A stretch of 64,000 nucleotides of DNA. It comes from Azolla caroliniana (lineage: Eukaryota; Plantae; Polypodiophyta). Location: NCBI GenBank assembly GCA_043228905.1, contig JBHGNT010000016.1, positions 6,696,001 through 6,760,000 of the forward strand, read 5' to 3'. The stretch's first letter is position 1. Each line of letters starts with the position of its first letter. This document shows, one piece after another, positions 1 through 12,300 of the stretch. Below the pieces are notes generated by a model that was not told the DNA's origin, ran no database searches, and saw nothing but the letters and a program-made list of their open reading frames with translations. The translations under genes were made by a program, and so were the position numbers.

Positions 1-115
1 ACAACAAACAACATGAATATAGTATCCACATTCCCTCCTGAAATATGCTTCAACCCCCGACACCATCTTCACTCGTCAAAAAATAGAAAAGTTGCTTCTT
101 TTTCCCACATCCACA

Positions 116-116
<1 letters not shown>
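1..116. repeat. Unit of a ~120-150-bp tandem repeat (satellite-like), interrupted by the LINE
   Basis: Shares motifs (atgagtatat-tgtcctcatcccctc, ccccgacaccatcttcactcatc, ttttcccacatccaccctctc) with the units at 4789-5525. Confidence 0.75.

Positions 117-192
<76 letters not shown>
117..192. repeat. (TC)n microsatellite at the LINE 5' junction
   Basis: Direct reading of the sequence. Confidence 0.95.
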
Positions 193-195
<3 letters not shown>

Positions 196-458
196 AAAGC
201 TCTCTGTAAGTTCACTCCGGCCATCGTTTTCTACGTTCTATAGCTCGTTGGAAAGCTCTTTGAGAGAGCTTTCTAAAGAATGTTCATTTACTAAATTCCG
301 TTACCGTGGCAAGAAGTTATGAGCATTTTCATCCGCAGCCATCTTTGCCCCACGGTTCCTCAAACGGAAGGTAGATTTTGAAGCCCTAAATCGAGTGAAA
401 GGTACATTCTCTCTCCTTCCCTCTTTGTCTCTCTTTTCCCGTACGGTTTGTCCGTACA

Positions 459-1328
459 ATGGCAAATACTCGTAAAACCGCCGCAAAGTTTGGGGGTATG
501 ATTGATAATGAGCCGAGATCACCAACAAATCTCGATTCTAATGCAATGGACAAAATGCTTATGAGTCACTTGATTTCTCTTCAAGAAACCATAAACAAGC
601 AAGGTGAAGAGATTAGGATGTTAATGAAAGAGAATACTAAGCTCCAAAGTGTTGTCATTGAGAATGAAAGTCTTAAACAAGTGGTTGCAAAACTTCAAGA
701 AGAGATTCAAGAATGTAAAAGAGCATCATTTGAAACAAATGAGCGCCTTAACAAGATTGAGTTAAAGGAAGTATTAAAAGAAGAAAAATTGGATACGATG
801 AGGCGGGATGTAAGTGAGATGAAAAATGTATGTACAACGAAGTCATGGGCCGATGTATGTGGTGGGGATGTGTTATCAAACTCATCTAATATGCATGTGA
901 TGCATCAAGAGAAGAATATAGAAAGCATAGATGTCCGAGAATTGAAAGAACGCGAACGACGATCAAAGAACATTGTCGTCCGTGGGATTAAAGAAGAGAG
1001 TATGGAAACACCCGCATCCCTTGGAAAGGCCATTGGTGAATTTTTTAGCATGCATTATGGGATGTCAGATGTGAATGTATATGGGGCACACCGAGTTGGG
1101 AAACATGGTGTTACTCGCTCCGGAGAAAGGCCTATTGTATGCACAATGACAGATGATACAAAGCGGCGGATCATACTCGAAAATAGTTGGGTATACCTCA
1201 AAGGTACACAATGCTTTGTGAGTGAAGATCGTACTATCTCACAACAAAATGCTCGTCGTAAAGCATATGAAGAAAGATTGAAAAACAAGGTTAAGGATGT
1301 GCCTAAAGATGGAAATGTAGGCAAATAG
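459..1328 (+). CDS. LINE ORF1 (coiled-coil plus RRM-like nucleic-acid-binding region)
   Basis: 289 aa. Heptad-rich N-half followed by RERRSKNIVVRGIKE...AHRVGK...RPIV...FVSEDRT, typical of LINE ORF1p. Confidence 0.85.
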   Translation: MANTRKTAAKFGGMIDNEPRSPTNLDSNAMDKMLMSHLISLQETINKQGEEIRMLMKENTKLQSVVIENESLKQVVAKLQEEIQECKRASFETNERLNKIELKEVLKEEKLDTMRRDVSEMKNVCTTKSWADVCGGDVLSNSSNMHVMHQEKNIESIDVRELKERERRSKNIVVRGIKEESMETPASLGKAIGEFFSMHYGMSDVNVYGAHRVGKHGVTRSGERPIVCTMTDDTKRRIILENSWVYLKGTQCFVSEDRTISQQNARRKAYEERLKNKVKDVPKDGNVGK

Positions 1329-1334
1329 GGACAC

Positions 1335-4300
1335 GTGATCTATGAGACTAACCCACGCCTTTTACGACTATGCTTTTGGAATTGCAATGGATACCCATGG
1401 AATGCGGGATTTGGCATAGAGGAGTTCACCAATGACTCGGATATCACACTTCTTGTTGAAACATGGGAGCATGATACTCAAAGGATTCAAGGTTTAGGAA
1501 ACTATAATGTACACTCTTTGATATGGAAGAAAAATCCAAGACAAAGAAGAGGACAAGGAGGGGTGGCATGTTTGATTAAGAAGGAAATAGAGAAATATGT
1601 GTCAATCATAAAAAATGATGAAAATAAAGGCTACATATGGCTCAAAATAGAAACACCTAATGATTTGCCCACTTTTGTTGTTGGATGTTACATTCCTCAT
1701 CAAGATTCTAACTTTTATGCTTGTTTGGATAAAGATCAACCGTTTGCCAATCTAGAAGATGATATTGCTTATTTCAAATCCAAAGGGGAAGTTATTGTCT
1801 TTGGTGACATGAATGCTCGTACAAGAAGTTTCCAACTTGATTCACAAGAATCTTTCATGCCACATATCTCAAGGATGCAAGAGGATATGCAAATGTATAA
1901 CCGCTCTTCTAGCGATGAAAAAGATCCGGACCAATTTGGGAAACTACTCCTACAAATGTGCAATAGTACCGGATTGCTTATTGCAAATGGTATTTCCTTA
2001 TGGCCCAACACTAATGGTTTTACATGTAGAAAATACAACGGAAATAGTGTGATTGATTATGTGCTACTTTCCGAAGGTATTTTGGATCATATACATAAAT
2101 TCTCACTTGGTGAATGGACACCGGAATCAGATCATAGGCCTTTATGTATTGATCTCAAATGTATGCATAGGTTTGATTGTGAGAAGGCTATTGAAGATAA
2201 TAAACAACCGCACTTGAGCATGAACCTTAAGCGAGCACCCATGTATTCCAAGATGGTTGAGGATATGTTACAAATGACAAAGATACAACATGGTGCCACA
2301 CTAGAATGCAAATGGGAAGCTTTCAAGAAAGTCATTCTCTCATGTACAAACAAATGTTTTTCGACCAACCGCACATCTTGGAAATGCACCAAGAAACTTA
2401 GGAAAAAATGGTTTGATAAAGAATGTCGTGAAGCTCGAAAGTGCCTTATGGTTTTGGATGTAGTTAAGGATAAAGAGAATTACCAAAAGCATTTGCATGA
2501 GTATAAAAGGCTTATTCAAAGAAAGAGAAGAATATGGGAAGTTACTCAACAATTTATCCAAACGCAAGAGAAAGCACATGCATGTGCTAAATTTTGGGGA
2601 AATCTAAAGGGAAAACATGTTGAGAGTTATGGTGACTTAACTCTTCACGACTTGTCTATGCATTGTAAGAATTTATATGAGTTATCTCTTGCCGGAAAGA
2701 TGATGTGTTATGGTTCTCTTTCACATATGCCTTCCTTCTTTACAATTGAAGATATATGCATAGGACTTAAGAAATTGGCCTCTCGAAAGGCAAGCGATCT
2801 TCAATGTATAAAGGCTGAAATGCTCAAATGGACGGGAAAGGAAGCACATATATGGATAAGCAATATGTTTAATGATGCATTGCAACATGGTATGCCATAC
2901 GATTGGACTACAAATTGGATCAAACCTTTACATAAAGGTGGAGATATAAATAATGTAAACAATTATCGAACCATCATGGTTGGCTCATTAATGGCAAAAC
3001 TATTTGGATGTATAATGGAATCAAAGATAAGTGTATGGGCTGAAAAAAGTGGTAAGAGAGCTTATGGACAAGCTGGCTTTCGGAAACACCATAGCACCAT
3101 TGATCACCTTATCACCCTTCGAGTATTAATGGAGGAAAGTCGCCTTAGAGGTAAAGGTTTATATTGTTGCTTTGTAGACTTCAAGAAAGCTTTTGATATG
3201 GTACCTCGTGAGCATCTTTGGAGGCGAATGGAAGAACTTGAGGTGCCAAGTGAATATATGCTTGCAATTTCCCGAATTTATGAGAAGGTTATATGTTGTG
3301 TGCGCATGAAAGATAAACTTTCAGATTTTTTCAAAAGCACTATTGGTGTTAAGCAAGGATGCCCACTCTCACCAACACTATTTGGTCTATGTATTGATGA
3401 ATTGGAAGAAATGGTTACCAAGTTTGCAAAGGAAGAATGTGTTGAAGAAGTTGCCATTGGGAATGTTGTGATTATGCTTTTGCTATATGCAGATGACGTA
3501 GTGCTTTTTGCAAATACTTTAGGAGATGCACAAAAGCTTATGAAGGCATTGGAAAAATTTTGCATGCATACTAAATTAAGTGTCAATAGCTCTAAAACAA
3601 AGATTATGCTTGTGAAGAGCCAAAAAAGAGATAAACCATGCATTATGTACAACAATGAGCCACTTGAATGTGTGGAAAGCTTCAAATATCTTGGCCTTGA
3701 AGTTCCTTCAAATCATAGATGGAATGAATGTGCTACACGCCGCTTAGAGGCGGGCAAACGAGCATACTATGCATTTGAGAACACATGCAATCTTGGAGAT
3801 ATTAAGTGTTGGGTCCTCAAGAAATATCTTTTTGACACTTTGGTGACACCAGTTCTTCTCTATGGGGTGGAAGTATGGGGCGGTAGCATCCCTAAGTCTA
3901 TGTGGAAAGAGTTTGAAAATGTCCAAAAGCATTTTCTTACCAAGTTTCTACAAGTTAAGAAACAAACACCCTACACCCTCCTCCTCCTTGAGACAGGATC
4001 GCTTCCCATTGAGATCATGGCCATGGAAAGGGTTGTTGAATACATGCTTAAGGTTCAAAAAAGTCCCTCACATCGACTTCCTAGAATTGCGTGGGAAGCA
4101 AGCAAAAAGATCCAAAAGACGCATAAAAGCAAAATTTTGTGTTCCGGTTGGATGCAAGATATAGAAAAATGGTTTGGTAGATGGGATGCGAGACACTTGC
4201 TTCATGATGCATCATTAGATTCCTCTGTAAATGAGGCCTTTTTGCAACACCAATGTATCATGACATGGGACAAATGTGGAGGCTCACGCTTCACACATTA

Positions 4301-4709
4301 TACTACACATGTTGCACCTAACTACAAAACCATATTCTTTGCGGAACGGGGAAATCGTACACATCCATACATGTTAGAGCCCGTACCGTTATCTGCCATT
4401 CGAACCATTGCTTCCATGCGACTTAGCTCACATGCATTGCGATGTGAAACAGGGCGTTGGGGTACAAGTGATGAGAGTGGTCGGCTATGCACACTTTGCC
4501 CTAAACAAGTTTGCGATTCTGAGTATCACACTTTGATACAATGCTCTGCCTTTGATCATATTCGACCATGCTTTCCACATCTCTTCGATCGAGCCCAATC
4601 TTTGCATGAATTCCTCTCACAACCACAATGTGCACTCTCAATTGCAACATTCATTGGTAAAGTTCTTGAACATCGAGAGTCACTACTCACTTTCACACGT
4701 ATCACGTGA
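1335..4709 (+). CDS. LINE ORF2: apurinic endonuclease, reverse transcriptase and C-terminal Cys/His finger
   Basis: 1124 uninterrupted codons. APE motifs WNCNG, LVETW, GDMNAR, IDY, SDH. RT motifs QAGFR, FVDFKKAFD, GVKQGCPLSPTLF, LLYADD, YLG. C-terminal CTLC...EYHTLIQC. Starts at GTG, in frame with ORF1. Confidence 0.95.
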   Translation: MIYETNPRLLRLCFWNCNGYPWNAGFGIEEFTNDSDITLLVETWEHDTQRIQGLGNYNVHSLIWKKNPRQRRGQGGVACLIKKEIEKYVSIIKNDENKGYIWLKIETPNDLPTFVVGCYIPHQDSNFYACLDKDQPFANLEDDIAYFKSKGEVIVFGDMNARTRSFQLDSQESFMPHISRMQEDMQMYNRSSSDEKDPDQFGKLLLQMCNSTGLLIANGISLWPNTNGFTCRKYNGNSVIDYVLLSEGILDHIHKFSLGEWTPESDHRPLCIDLKCMHRFDCEKAIEDNKQPHLSMNLKRAPMYSKMVEDMLQMTKIQHGATLECKWEAFKKVILSCTNKCFSTNRTSWKCTKKLRKKWFDKECREARKCLMVLDVVKDKENYQKHLHEYKRLIQRKRRIWEVTQQFIQTQEKAHACAKFWGNLKGKHVESYGDLTLHDLSMHCKNLYELSLAGKMMCYGSLSHMPSFFTIEDICIGLKKLASRKASDLQCIKAEMLKWTGKEAHIWISNMFNDALQHGMPYDWTTNWIKPLHKGGDINNVNNYRTIMVGSLMAKLFGCIMESKISVWAEKSGKRAYGQAGFRKHHSTIDHLITLRVLMEESRLRGKGLYCCFVDFKKAFDMVPREHLWRRMEELEVPSEYMLAISRIYEKVICCVRMKDKLSDFFKSTIGVKQGCPLSPTLFGLCIDELEEMVTKFAKEECVEEVAIGNVVIMLLLYADDVVLFANTLGDAQKLMKALEKFCMHTKLSVNSSKTKIMLVKSQKRDKPCIMYNNEPLECVESFKYLGLEVPSNHRWNECATRRLEAGKRAYYAFENTCNLGDIKCWVLKKYLFDTLVTPVLLYGVEVWGGSIPKSMWKEFENVQKHFLTKFLQVKKQTPYTLLLLETGSLPIEIMAMERVVEYMLKVQKSPSHRLPRIAWEASKKIQKTHKSKILCSGWMQDIEKWFGRWDARHLLHDASLDSSVNEAFLQHQCIMTWDKCGGSRFTHYTTHVAPNYKTIFFAERGNRTHPYMLEPVPLSAIRTIASMRLSSHALRCETGRWGTSDESGRLCTLCPKQVCDSEYHTLIQCSAFDHIRPCFPHLFDRAQSLHEFLSQPQCALSIATFIGKVLEHRESLLTFTRIT

Positions 4710-4788
4710 AATGTAATATTTTTGGTCTCATAGGTCATATTTGATCTCCGAAGACGATAATATAATCTATCTATCTATCTATCTATCT

Positions 4789-5525
4789 CCGATTAACAAC
4801 GAAGGTCTGCACCTACAAAAACCAAAATGAGTATATTGTCCTCATCCCCTTCTTAAAATATGCTTCAACCCTCGACACCATCTTCACTCATCCTCTTCAA
4901 GAAATAGAAAATTTTCTTCTTTTCCCACATCCGCCCTCTCGCCAATCAACACCGAAGGCCTGTACATACAAAAATAAAATGAGTAAATTATCCTCATCCC
5001 CTCTTGAAAATATTATTCAGCCCCCGATACCATCTAAACACTCATCCTTATTAAGAATCATAAGATCTACTTCTTTTTCCACATCCACCCTCTCGTGGAT
5101 TACCGAAGGCCTGTACATACAAAAACAAAATGAGTATATTGTCCTCAACCCCTCCTGAAAATATCCACCCTCTACACTCATCCTTCATCAAGATACAAAA
5201 AGATCAATTTCTTTTTCCACATCTACCCTCTCGTTGATTAACATTGAAGGCTTGTACATACAAACAAGCAACATGAGTATAATGTCCTCATTCTCTCCTA
5301 AAAATATGCTTCATCCCCCGACACCATCTTCAATCATTAAAAATAGAAAAGCTGCTTCTTTTTCCCACATCCACCCTATTGCTAATTAACACCGAAGGCC
5401 TGTACATACAAACATGCAACATGAGTATACTGTCCTCATCCCCTCCTTAAAATATTCGGCAACCCCCAACACCGTCTTTGCTCATCCTTATCAGAAATAG
5501 CAAATCTACTTCATTTTCCACATTA
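4789..5525. repeat. Tandem array of diverged ~120-150-bp units
   Basis: Recurrent accgaaggcctgtacatacaaa...atgagtata...tcctcatcccctc...ccacatccaccctctc. Confidence 0.85.
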
Positions 5526-5559
5526 ACCACAGAAGTTCGTTTTACCATAAAAAAATAAC

Positions 5560-5970
5560 CCTTTTCTGGTTAGTTGTATTTCCATAACCCTTATAACTAG
5601 CATACTCACCTTTTACTCTATGTACCAATAATTCCCAAAAGGTCTTAACCAACATTGTATAGTTTGGAACACTTGGATTTCCACAGAATCCATAAGGCCA
5701 AAAGAGGAAACAATCTGCAAAACATAACATTGTGAGAAGAACTTGATTCCCGGCAAGGAGGTTGAACTAGAGTACACCTGGAGACTTTTCACATGTAAAG
5801 TCAATGAAGAATTACGATAATGATAAAAAGTCGTTTGTTGAGCCAACGTTCCCCAAAATACTGCACCCCACGTGAAAATGGACAACCTATAGTTACGGCC
5901 TAATAACCGAAGAATTAGAAACCAAAAACTTTTGGCCGCAACACATTCCCAAAAAACATGATGCAAGAAT
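5560..5970 (-). pseudogene. Decayed L1-like LINE 3' end (zf-RVT region)
   Basis: HHVFWECVAAKSFWFLILRLL...FTWGAVFW resembles the remnant at 39618 (QHALWNF..ACFVWKRMLRLI...ITWGNVFW). Confidence 0.55.
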
Positions 5971-7339
5971 TGAAAAACTATTTGGCCCAATAACTTGGAT
6001 AACAAGAATTTGAATTTCATTGGACAAGCCAATGTCTTGCCCTCATGCAAGACAATTCCCTTGAGCTACAACATGAAAATGTGGTGTGTTTGCTCATTGC
6101 TCAATAGCGAAGAAAAAACATGGGGTAGAAATCAAGGGATAAAACATTGTTAGTGATGTGTGGTCAAATCTCACGCTTCGCATCCACACACATTGTTATT
6201 CATGCTTTAAGAAAAATAGTTTACATACATAGCTTGACCAATGAAATAATGACATCATATTTGAAAAACATGTTCTCGTGTATGTGTGTGTGCATTATTA
6301 AAACAAACTATGCATATTTTCACCTATTTACCTTGAAATTCATTTATCATTCTATTTCACCAACTCATTGCAAATTGTTTGTGTTTGTTTTTCATTTTAT
6401 ATATGTATGTGTGTATTCATGTGTATGTATATATATAATGATTCAAACTTTTCTTCACTTGCTATAGATCTCAACATTGTTGTAGGGTGATTAACCACGT
6501 AATGATAATCCTACTTTGTGACGAGATCCACGGTAATGTAGCTCTATTGGTAGAAAATAGGGCTTTTAATCAAATGGTTGCATGCTCAAGTTTTGCTACA
6601 CCTTGACTTGAGACTTGTAGTTATATTTATATGTGTGTATGTATGTATTAAAACAAAGGAGAATAACAAATGGATATTTGTTAGCGTTCAGAAAGAGGCC
6701 AATATTGACCCATGAGAAGTGAGTCCACAAGTTCCATTCATGTGCATCTCCTTCCTAAGAGCAAATCTATTTATGCTTTGAAGCACATTTTATTGATCTG
6801 TGAATAAGGCATACAAAAACGAGCTCAACCTTCTAGATGTTCTCTTTTATTATGACACTCAAGTAATCTTACATAACTTGTATGATTGAGAGTGAAGAAT
6901 GTAAAAGCTCTAAGAGAGTAAAATACTCATTTTAATAATGAGATAAGGTTTAATATGATCAATAGGCATTCTTACCTTATATACATTTAGGATTGATGTT
7001 GCATTAAATTATTCTAATTTTTTCGTTTTAGTATTTTCCCACTTCTCCCTTAGTGGTTCTATTAAGCTTTTTGCAACCACTAAATATTGCATAACATGAT
7101 TGGAAAACTCTAAGAGATATTCCACACATTCTGAATATTTGTTTGATGTTCGCTACCCAACGAGGTGAGAATATTTGGCTCTTGTAATTGTTTTGTAGTT
7201 GGCATCCAATATTCTAAGCAAGATGTGGTAATCTATGACGTGGTTTTTTGTTTACTTTTATAATGTATCCAGATACTCTTTGTAGTGGCAATATCTCTAT
7301 AAGTCAAATATGTGTCCAATAGCATAACATGGTAGGAGG

Positions 7340-8178
7340 CAGGGCCGAAATTTGACGAGTTAGTATCAAAGTTTTTTGACGGGTATTTTTTAAAGATGTA
7401 TGTCATATGCCATAAGATTACAAAAACGAACATGTCATTTAATATATACAAATTTTAAAAATGAAAAGCTCTATATAATGTTACATTGTTATAGATGTCA
7501 TTACTATAACATAAAGATACACAAATTAGCATAACTACCTCACAAAGATAATGAAATACATAAAATAAATATTGTGTTAATGTGTTTACTATTAAGTATG
7601 AAGAAAAGGTTATTTTTTAAGAAAAAAAAGAGGCTATTTTTTTAGAAAAAAGCAAAGTTTTTGGGAAAAAAAAGTGGTTATTTTTGGAAAAAACATGGTT
7701 ATTGTTTTGTTAAAAAAGGTTATTTTATCGAAAAAAAAGGTTAGTAAAAAATTAAGGTTTGACTTAAAACGTAAAACATTAAAATCAAACCTAGAGTTTA
7801 CACTTTTAGAGTATGTATTTAATAAAGGTTATTGTTTAAAATTTCAATCAAATTTAAACTAATATTATTAGTACATATAGAATAAAGGTTTGAAAATATA
7901 TACAATTATTACATGATGATAATATTATTTTAAGCCTGTTATAAAAAAAGAGTATATACATATATTTATATGATAATATGTGTCATATATATAATATATA
8001 TGACATGGAAAATAGAATTTTAGCATGTTATTTGACATGTATAATTTTTAGGGGCTTTTCACATGAAAATGGAAATTGAAACTTTGTATGTCACTTGACG
8101 GGCATTTTTATTAAGTGTATGTTTTTTACGGGCAAAAGGGCCTTTGACGGACATGACACCCGTCAAATTTTTGCCCTA
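7340..8178. mobile_element. Non-autonomous hAT-like TIR element (MITE)
   Basis: Left end CAGGGCCGAAATTTGACG. Right end CGTCAAATTTTTGCCCTA is its imperfect inverted repeat. AT-rich interior. The right arm recurs at ~17070-17256. No clear TSD. Confidence 0.6.
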
Positions 8179-9536
8179 ATTGCATTGCATGCATTAAGAG
8201 GGATAGTCCTCCTAGCACTCTTACTCCATAAAAGCATGCTTTTAGTTACCATGACATTAAATAACATTAGTTTCACTTCCCACCCATGATTATCATTTTG
8301 GTTGCATTGATCAACAAAAAATATGACATCAATACCTTATGGCATATGCCATGGATATTTACAATTCCCAAAGACAATTCTCAAGGAGATTTTCCTAGAG
8401 GCATATGGTTGCCGTGTTTGTTCTTGCAAGAAAAACAAAATAAAGAAGAATAAATAAGAAATGTACACGTTTTGTCAAACACCATATCTTTATATGTTGA
8501 ATCATACGTATAAGGAAAGGCAAGTAGATAGATTGCTTTATTATCTTTAGAGGTTCAATATGAGCTATTAGACAAAAAAATAAAATGTTTTCACATAAAA
8601 AATGTACAAGTGAGTGGCAGCCCTTAATGTTCATGAGAGAGAAAAAGAGAGGTTTAAGTAGTCTATTTCCGTAGGTAGTACATTACTCTTCACAACAAAA
8701 AAAAGAGATTACAAGATGTGGTTGAATCATATGTCTACATTATGAGTAGGCCGATGACATTCACAAGCCCACTTGTACAATAAGGAGAAAGAAAGAAATA
8801 TATTTATTGACACCCACTAACTTGCCAAATCCATTTGATCAATAAAATAATGATTACAAGTACAGGTGACCAAAAAATAAATCACCATGATTTAGCTTGT
8901 TGTGCTTGAGCTCATACAATTTAGGACAAAGAAAGAAAGATATATGTATGTACATTGACACCCACTCAAGTCCTGAACGAGCCTAACCAACCAAATAATT
9001 TTTACAAGTATGGGGGCTGAAAAAGTAAATCACCATAATGTAGCTTGTCATATTAGACAATGAGGATCAACCATGATAAGTACGATGACTTCTATACACC
9101 TACCAATGGAACATAATTAAATGCTGAATGCATATCTTGCACAATCACTACTTTTATGGAACAAACTTCTAACGTATATGGAGGTGGTTTGTTAACTACC
9201 TCGTGGGAAAGATATATCTACAATTGCTCATCATTGAGAGGTTGAAAGCACAAACTCACAGTGTGTAATTCGTAAAAAAGAAGCAACTTGAGTTGTGTGG
9301 CCTTCAAGACAAGTGAAAGTATCGAGATAAACTTCCAAATTGCTGACCATGCCGAAAATGGGATGATTTACAATAAACAAACCACAAATAACAATCAAAT
9401 AAGTCCGTTTGTCCCATGGGCGGGGTTCAAGATCCATTCCGAATCGCCTTCTTTCATTTCACACATCAAGGAAAGATGTGTTCGACAAACACACACACAC
9501 ACACACACGAAGAAGAAGTTCACTAGGAGGGAGGGG

Positions 9537-10793
9537 TCAATGGGAGTTCATGAGAAGCGAGTCCGGCCATGGTATATTGCTACAACGTTCCATTGGGCAC
9601 AACAATTCCTTTTCTTCTTCCCCCTCCTCCTTGGCCTCCGGTTGTTTTTGTTGTTGTCGTCGTTGTGGTGTCGGGGCGAGCTCCCCGGGATGAATTGGCC
9701 CGAGCTCCTCTATCCGGTACCCCTTCTCCGCATACACACATGGGGTCGTCCGAAACCTCGTGAACCTCACCGACATTTGCCTCCCTGATTCATTACCTTG
9801 ACCTGCCACCGGACATCCTAGAGGTGAAATGCGAAATCTTGCCTTCTCTAGCGGCCGCGGTGGTAGGAACCACCGTGTGAACACCCCGTGAAACAACTTC
9901 AATCCCATCTTCAGCCCCGAGCTGAGCCACAGAGGTTGCTTCGGGTATCCCATTGCCACACGAAGGCGGTCATCCATCACCGCATACACCAGCCTCCGGC
10001 CTAGGGGCCGAAGACACGCCGGCATGTCCGCCAAAAACAACTTCATTGTGGGTTCGGAGATCTTGGGGTTCGAATCCGCGTAGACCATGTGTCGAGCTTC
10101 GAAGCTCTCCATATACTCGGCCGCGGATGTGATGCTCTCCGGAATTTCCCGGATGCCCATCCGCGTCCCAATGTCGTGCCAAGCTCGGTAATAGGCACAC
10201 TTTTCTTTGGGAGTCCATTCGCGATAGCCGTACCTATGCCATTCCCCAAGCCCCAAAAGAGCAGCCAGATTTAGGATGCAACATGGTATCTTGTGCTAAA
10301 ACATGTATAGATAGGTAGAAACCTACCGGGCACACCAGTCGATCGGATAGAGAATGAAGACGCATAGGACGTAGAGGAAGTCGGAGTTTGGAATGGTGGG
10401 GTAGAGGCCATGGAGGTAGTTGAGGCGGCGGATGGCGGTGCTTCCACGCTCGCTATCCACGTGATGGAGTAGAAACTCTTGGATCAAGAGGTCGGTGTCA
10501 TCGTAGCGTTTGCCGGGGTTGAGGTTGAACTGACCCGAGCGTGCGAGGATGCGGGAAATGGATGGGATGGCGTACGTCCGGAGGAGCCCGTATTCGAGTG
10601 AGGTACGGCTCAAGAAGGGGAATTCAACGTGCGTCGTGTGGGTGATGATGGCATGTATGTCGCGTTCATCGTCGAGAGTGTCCACGATCCGGGCTCGGGA
10701 TCGACGGAGCTGCCTGCAATAGAGACACCACCAAGCCACAACTAGGCCAAGAGTAGGGAGCAGGTAAGAGAGAAGACTCTCAAGGGCCTTCAT
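9537..10793 (-). CDS. ER-bound oxygenase MpaB/rubber-oxygenase (DUF2236)-family protein, paralog A. Exons 10793-10327 and 10233-9537, 387 aa.
   Basis: N-terminal hydrophobic anchor. Motifs LLRTYAIPSIS, KRYDDT, RLNYLHG, DFLYVL, YGYR, IGTRMGI. A 93-bp GT-AG intron joins WCAR to YGYRE in frame. GC-rich and uninterrupted. Confidence 0.85.
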
Positions 10794-11559
10794 TTGTCCT
10801 CCTCCTCTTCCTGCTCCTTCTCCTTCTTCTTCTTCTTCTTCTTCTTTTTGAGCCTTTTGATATTTGTGCGTATGTGTGATTAGAGACTATGTACTTAGGA
10901 ACCACCCATTGTGTTAATTGATAGGGAATTCGTCACTTTTAAAATAGCTAGTATGTGATGGTCGTGGTCTCCCTTTTTCATACATAATAATATGCCACCA
11001 CAACATGAGTTAGGGCTTAATGTCAATAATCTAACATTCCAATTGTCCACGAAAGCTCAACAACCAAGTGGAATGTTACTAGTCAAACACTTTGGACAAA
11101 AGCTCAACAACCAAGTGGAATGGTACTAGTCAAACACTTGATTCAACTACACACATTGGGAGCTTGCAATTGAAGCATGAGATGATGCCATGTTACAAAA
11201 ATGAGAGGAGGACCTTGACTGTATAGTCTATATAACCATGAATTCAAGTAGGTGACATTGTTGTGTTTCCAATCAAGCGTGTTGATGGAGAAACATTAAA
11301 TAGGTGAAGCCCATGAACCTAGGGCTTGGAGGGCCTTGAACTCGTCCTTGGAAATTGTAAACGATCAGGGCCGTCCAATATTTTAGGTGTTAAGAAAAAG
11401 AAAGTAGAAAAAAGTAAAAAATAAAATGCAGGATCCACCTCACATTCTAGTACTAGAGCACAAGGTAATAATTATTGAGAATACAAAGAATCCACATGGT
11501 TTCTTTTAAAACTTGATCTTGCATTTCTTTGGTGAAATAGCCCATGTCCATTGTTTTTT

Positions 11560-12300
11560 TTAGTAACACTTTTATTAATAGTGGGAAACCTCAAAGTGAG
11601 GTGAAAACCCACAAAGAATAAAGAAAAATATACAAGTGTTGATTAGACACTAAAGAGCTTAAAAGCACTTAAAGTAAAGATTGTAAATTTGGAGTGTGAT
11701 GTCTCTAAGGTGCAGCAATCAAATAGAGATTGCCTACGAGATTGCTTAAAGAAGCTAACTTCATGCAGTTCGTTTCGATCAAAGACCTTATTATTGCGGG
11801 TTGTCCAAATGTTCTAGAGTGCCCAAAATCGTGTCCATTGGAGAAAATATGCATTGTTGGATAGGGTGCACAGAATTTGTCCAAATATCCAAAAGTGTCT
11901 ACCAAACCTTCGGCTAGGAAATCTGTGATAAAGAGATGCACTTAATCTTTGTACAAATGTTGTAGTGAATGAGCAAGTCCATAATAAGTGTGGGACCATT
12001 TCCAATCGTCCACCACATCTTGCACAATGCGGTGAGGCTATTGATCTCTTTTGAAGATTCGACCCTCAAAACTTCAAGTCAAAATAGATTTCAAAGAGTA
12101 ATGCGGTAGATGACATGGTTGGAGGATTTACGATCCCTTTTGGGAAAGCTGAAATTGACACTTGTGGTCCCATAAATGCAACTTCCAAGTCTCAAACCGC
12201 CGATCTTAATCCACCCTTCTATGCTTGAGTACATGAATATTGGGTTGATGTTTTTTCCCTCTTGTCTATAATTGTAGGATTAAATCAATCAAGGTGTTTA
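11560..12300 (-). pseudogene. Decayed L1-like LINE 3' fragment (zf-RVT)
   Basis: Minus strand reads SPHCARCGGRLEMVPHLLWTCS at ~11970-12040. Boundaries approximate. Confidence 0.55.

Larger units (their letters stand above)
193..4788 (+). mobile_element. Near-intact non-LTR retrotransposon (APE-RT LINE, RTEX/L2-CR1-like architecture) with (TCTA)n tail
   Basis: ORF1 and ORF2, short 3' UTR, and a TCTA repeat tail at ~4766-4788. Inserted within the tandem-repeat array. Confidence 0.9.

Noticed and set aside
13-322. Short ORFs with SLSLSL runs (also 13740-14031 and 14186-14780)
   Set aside because: These are translations of (CT)n/(GA)n microsatellites and a local duplication.
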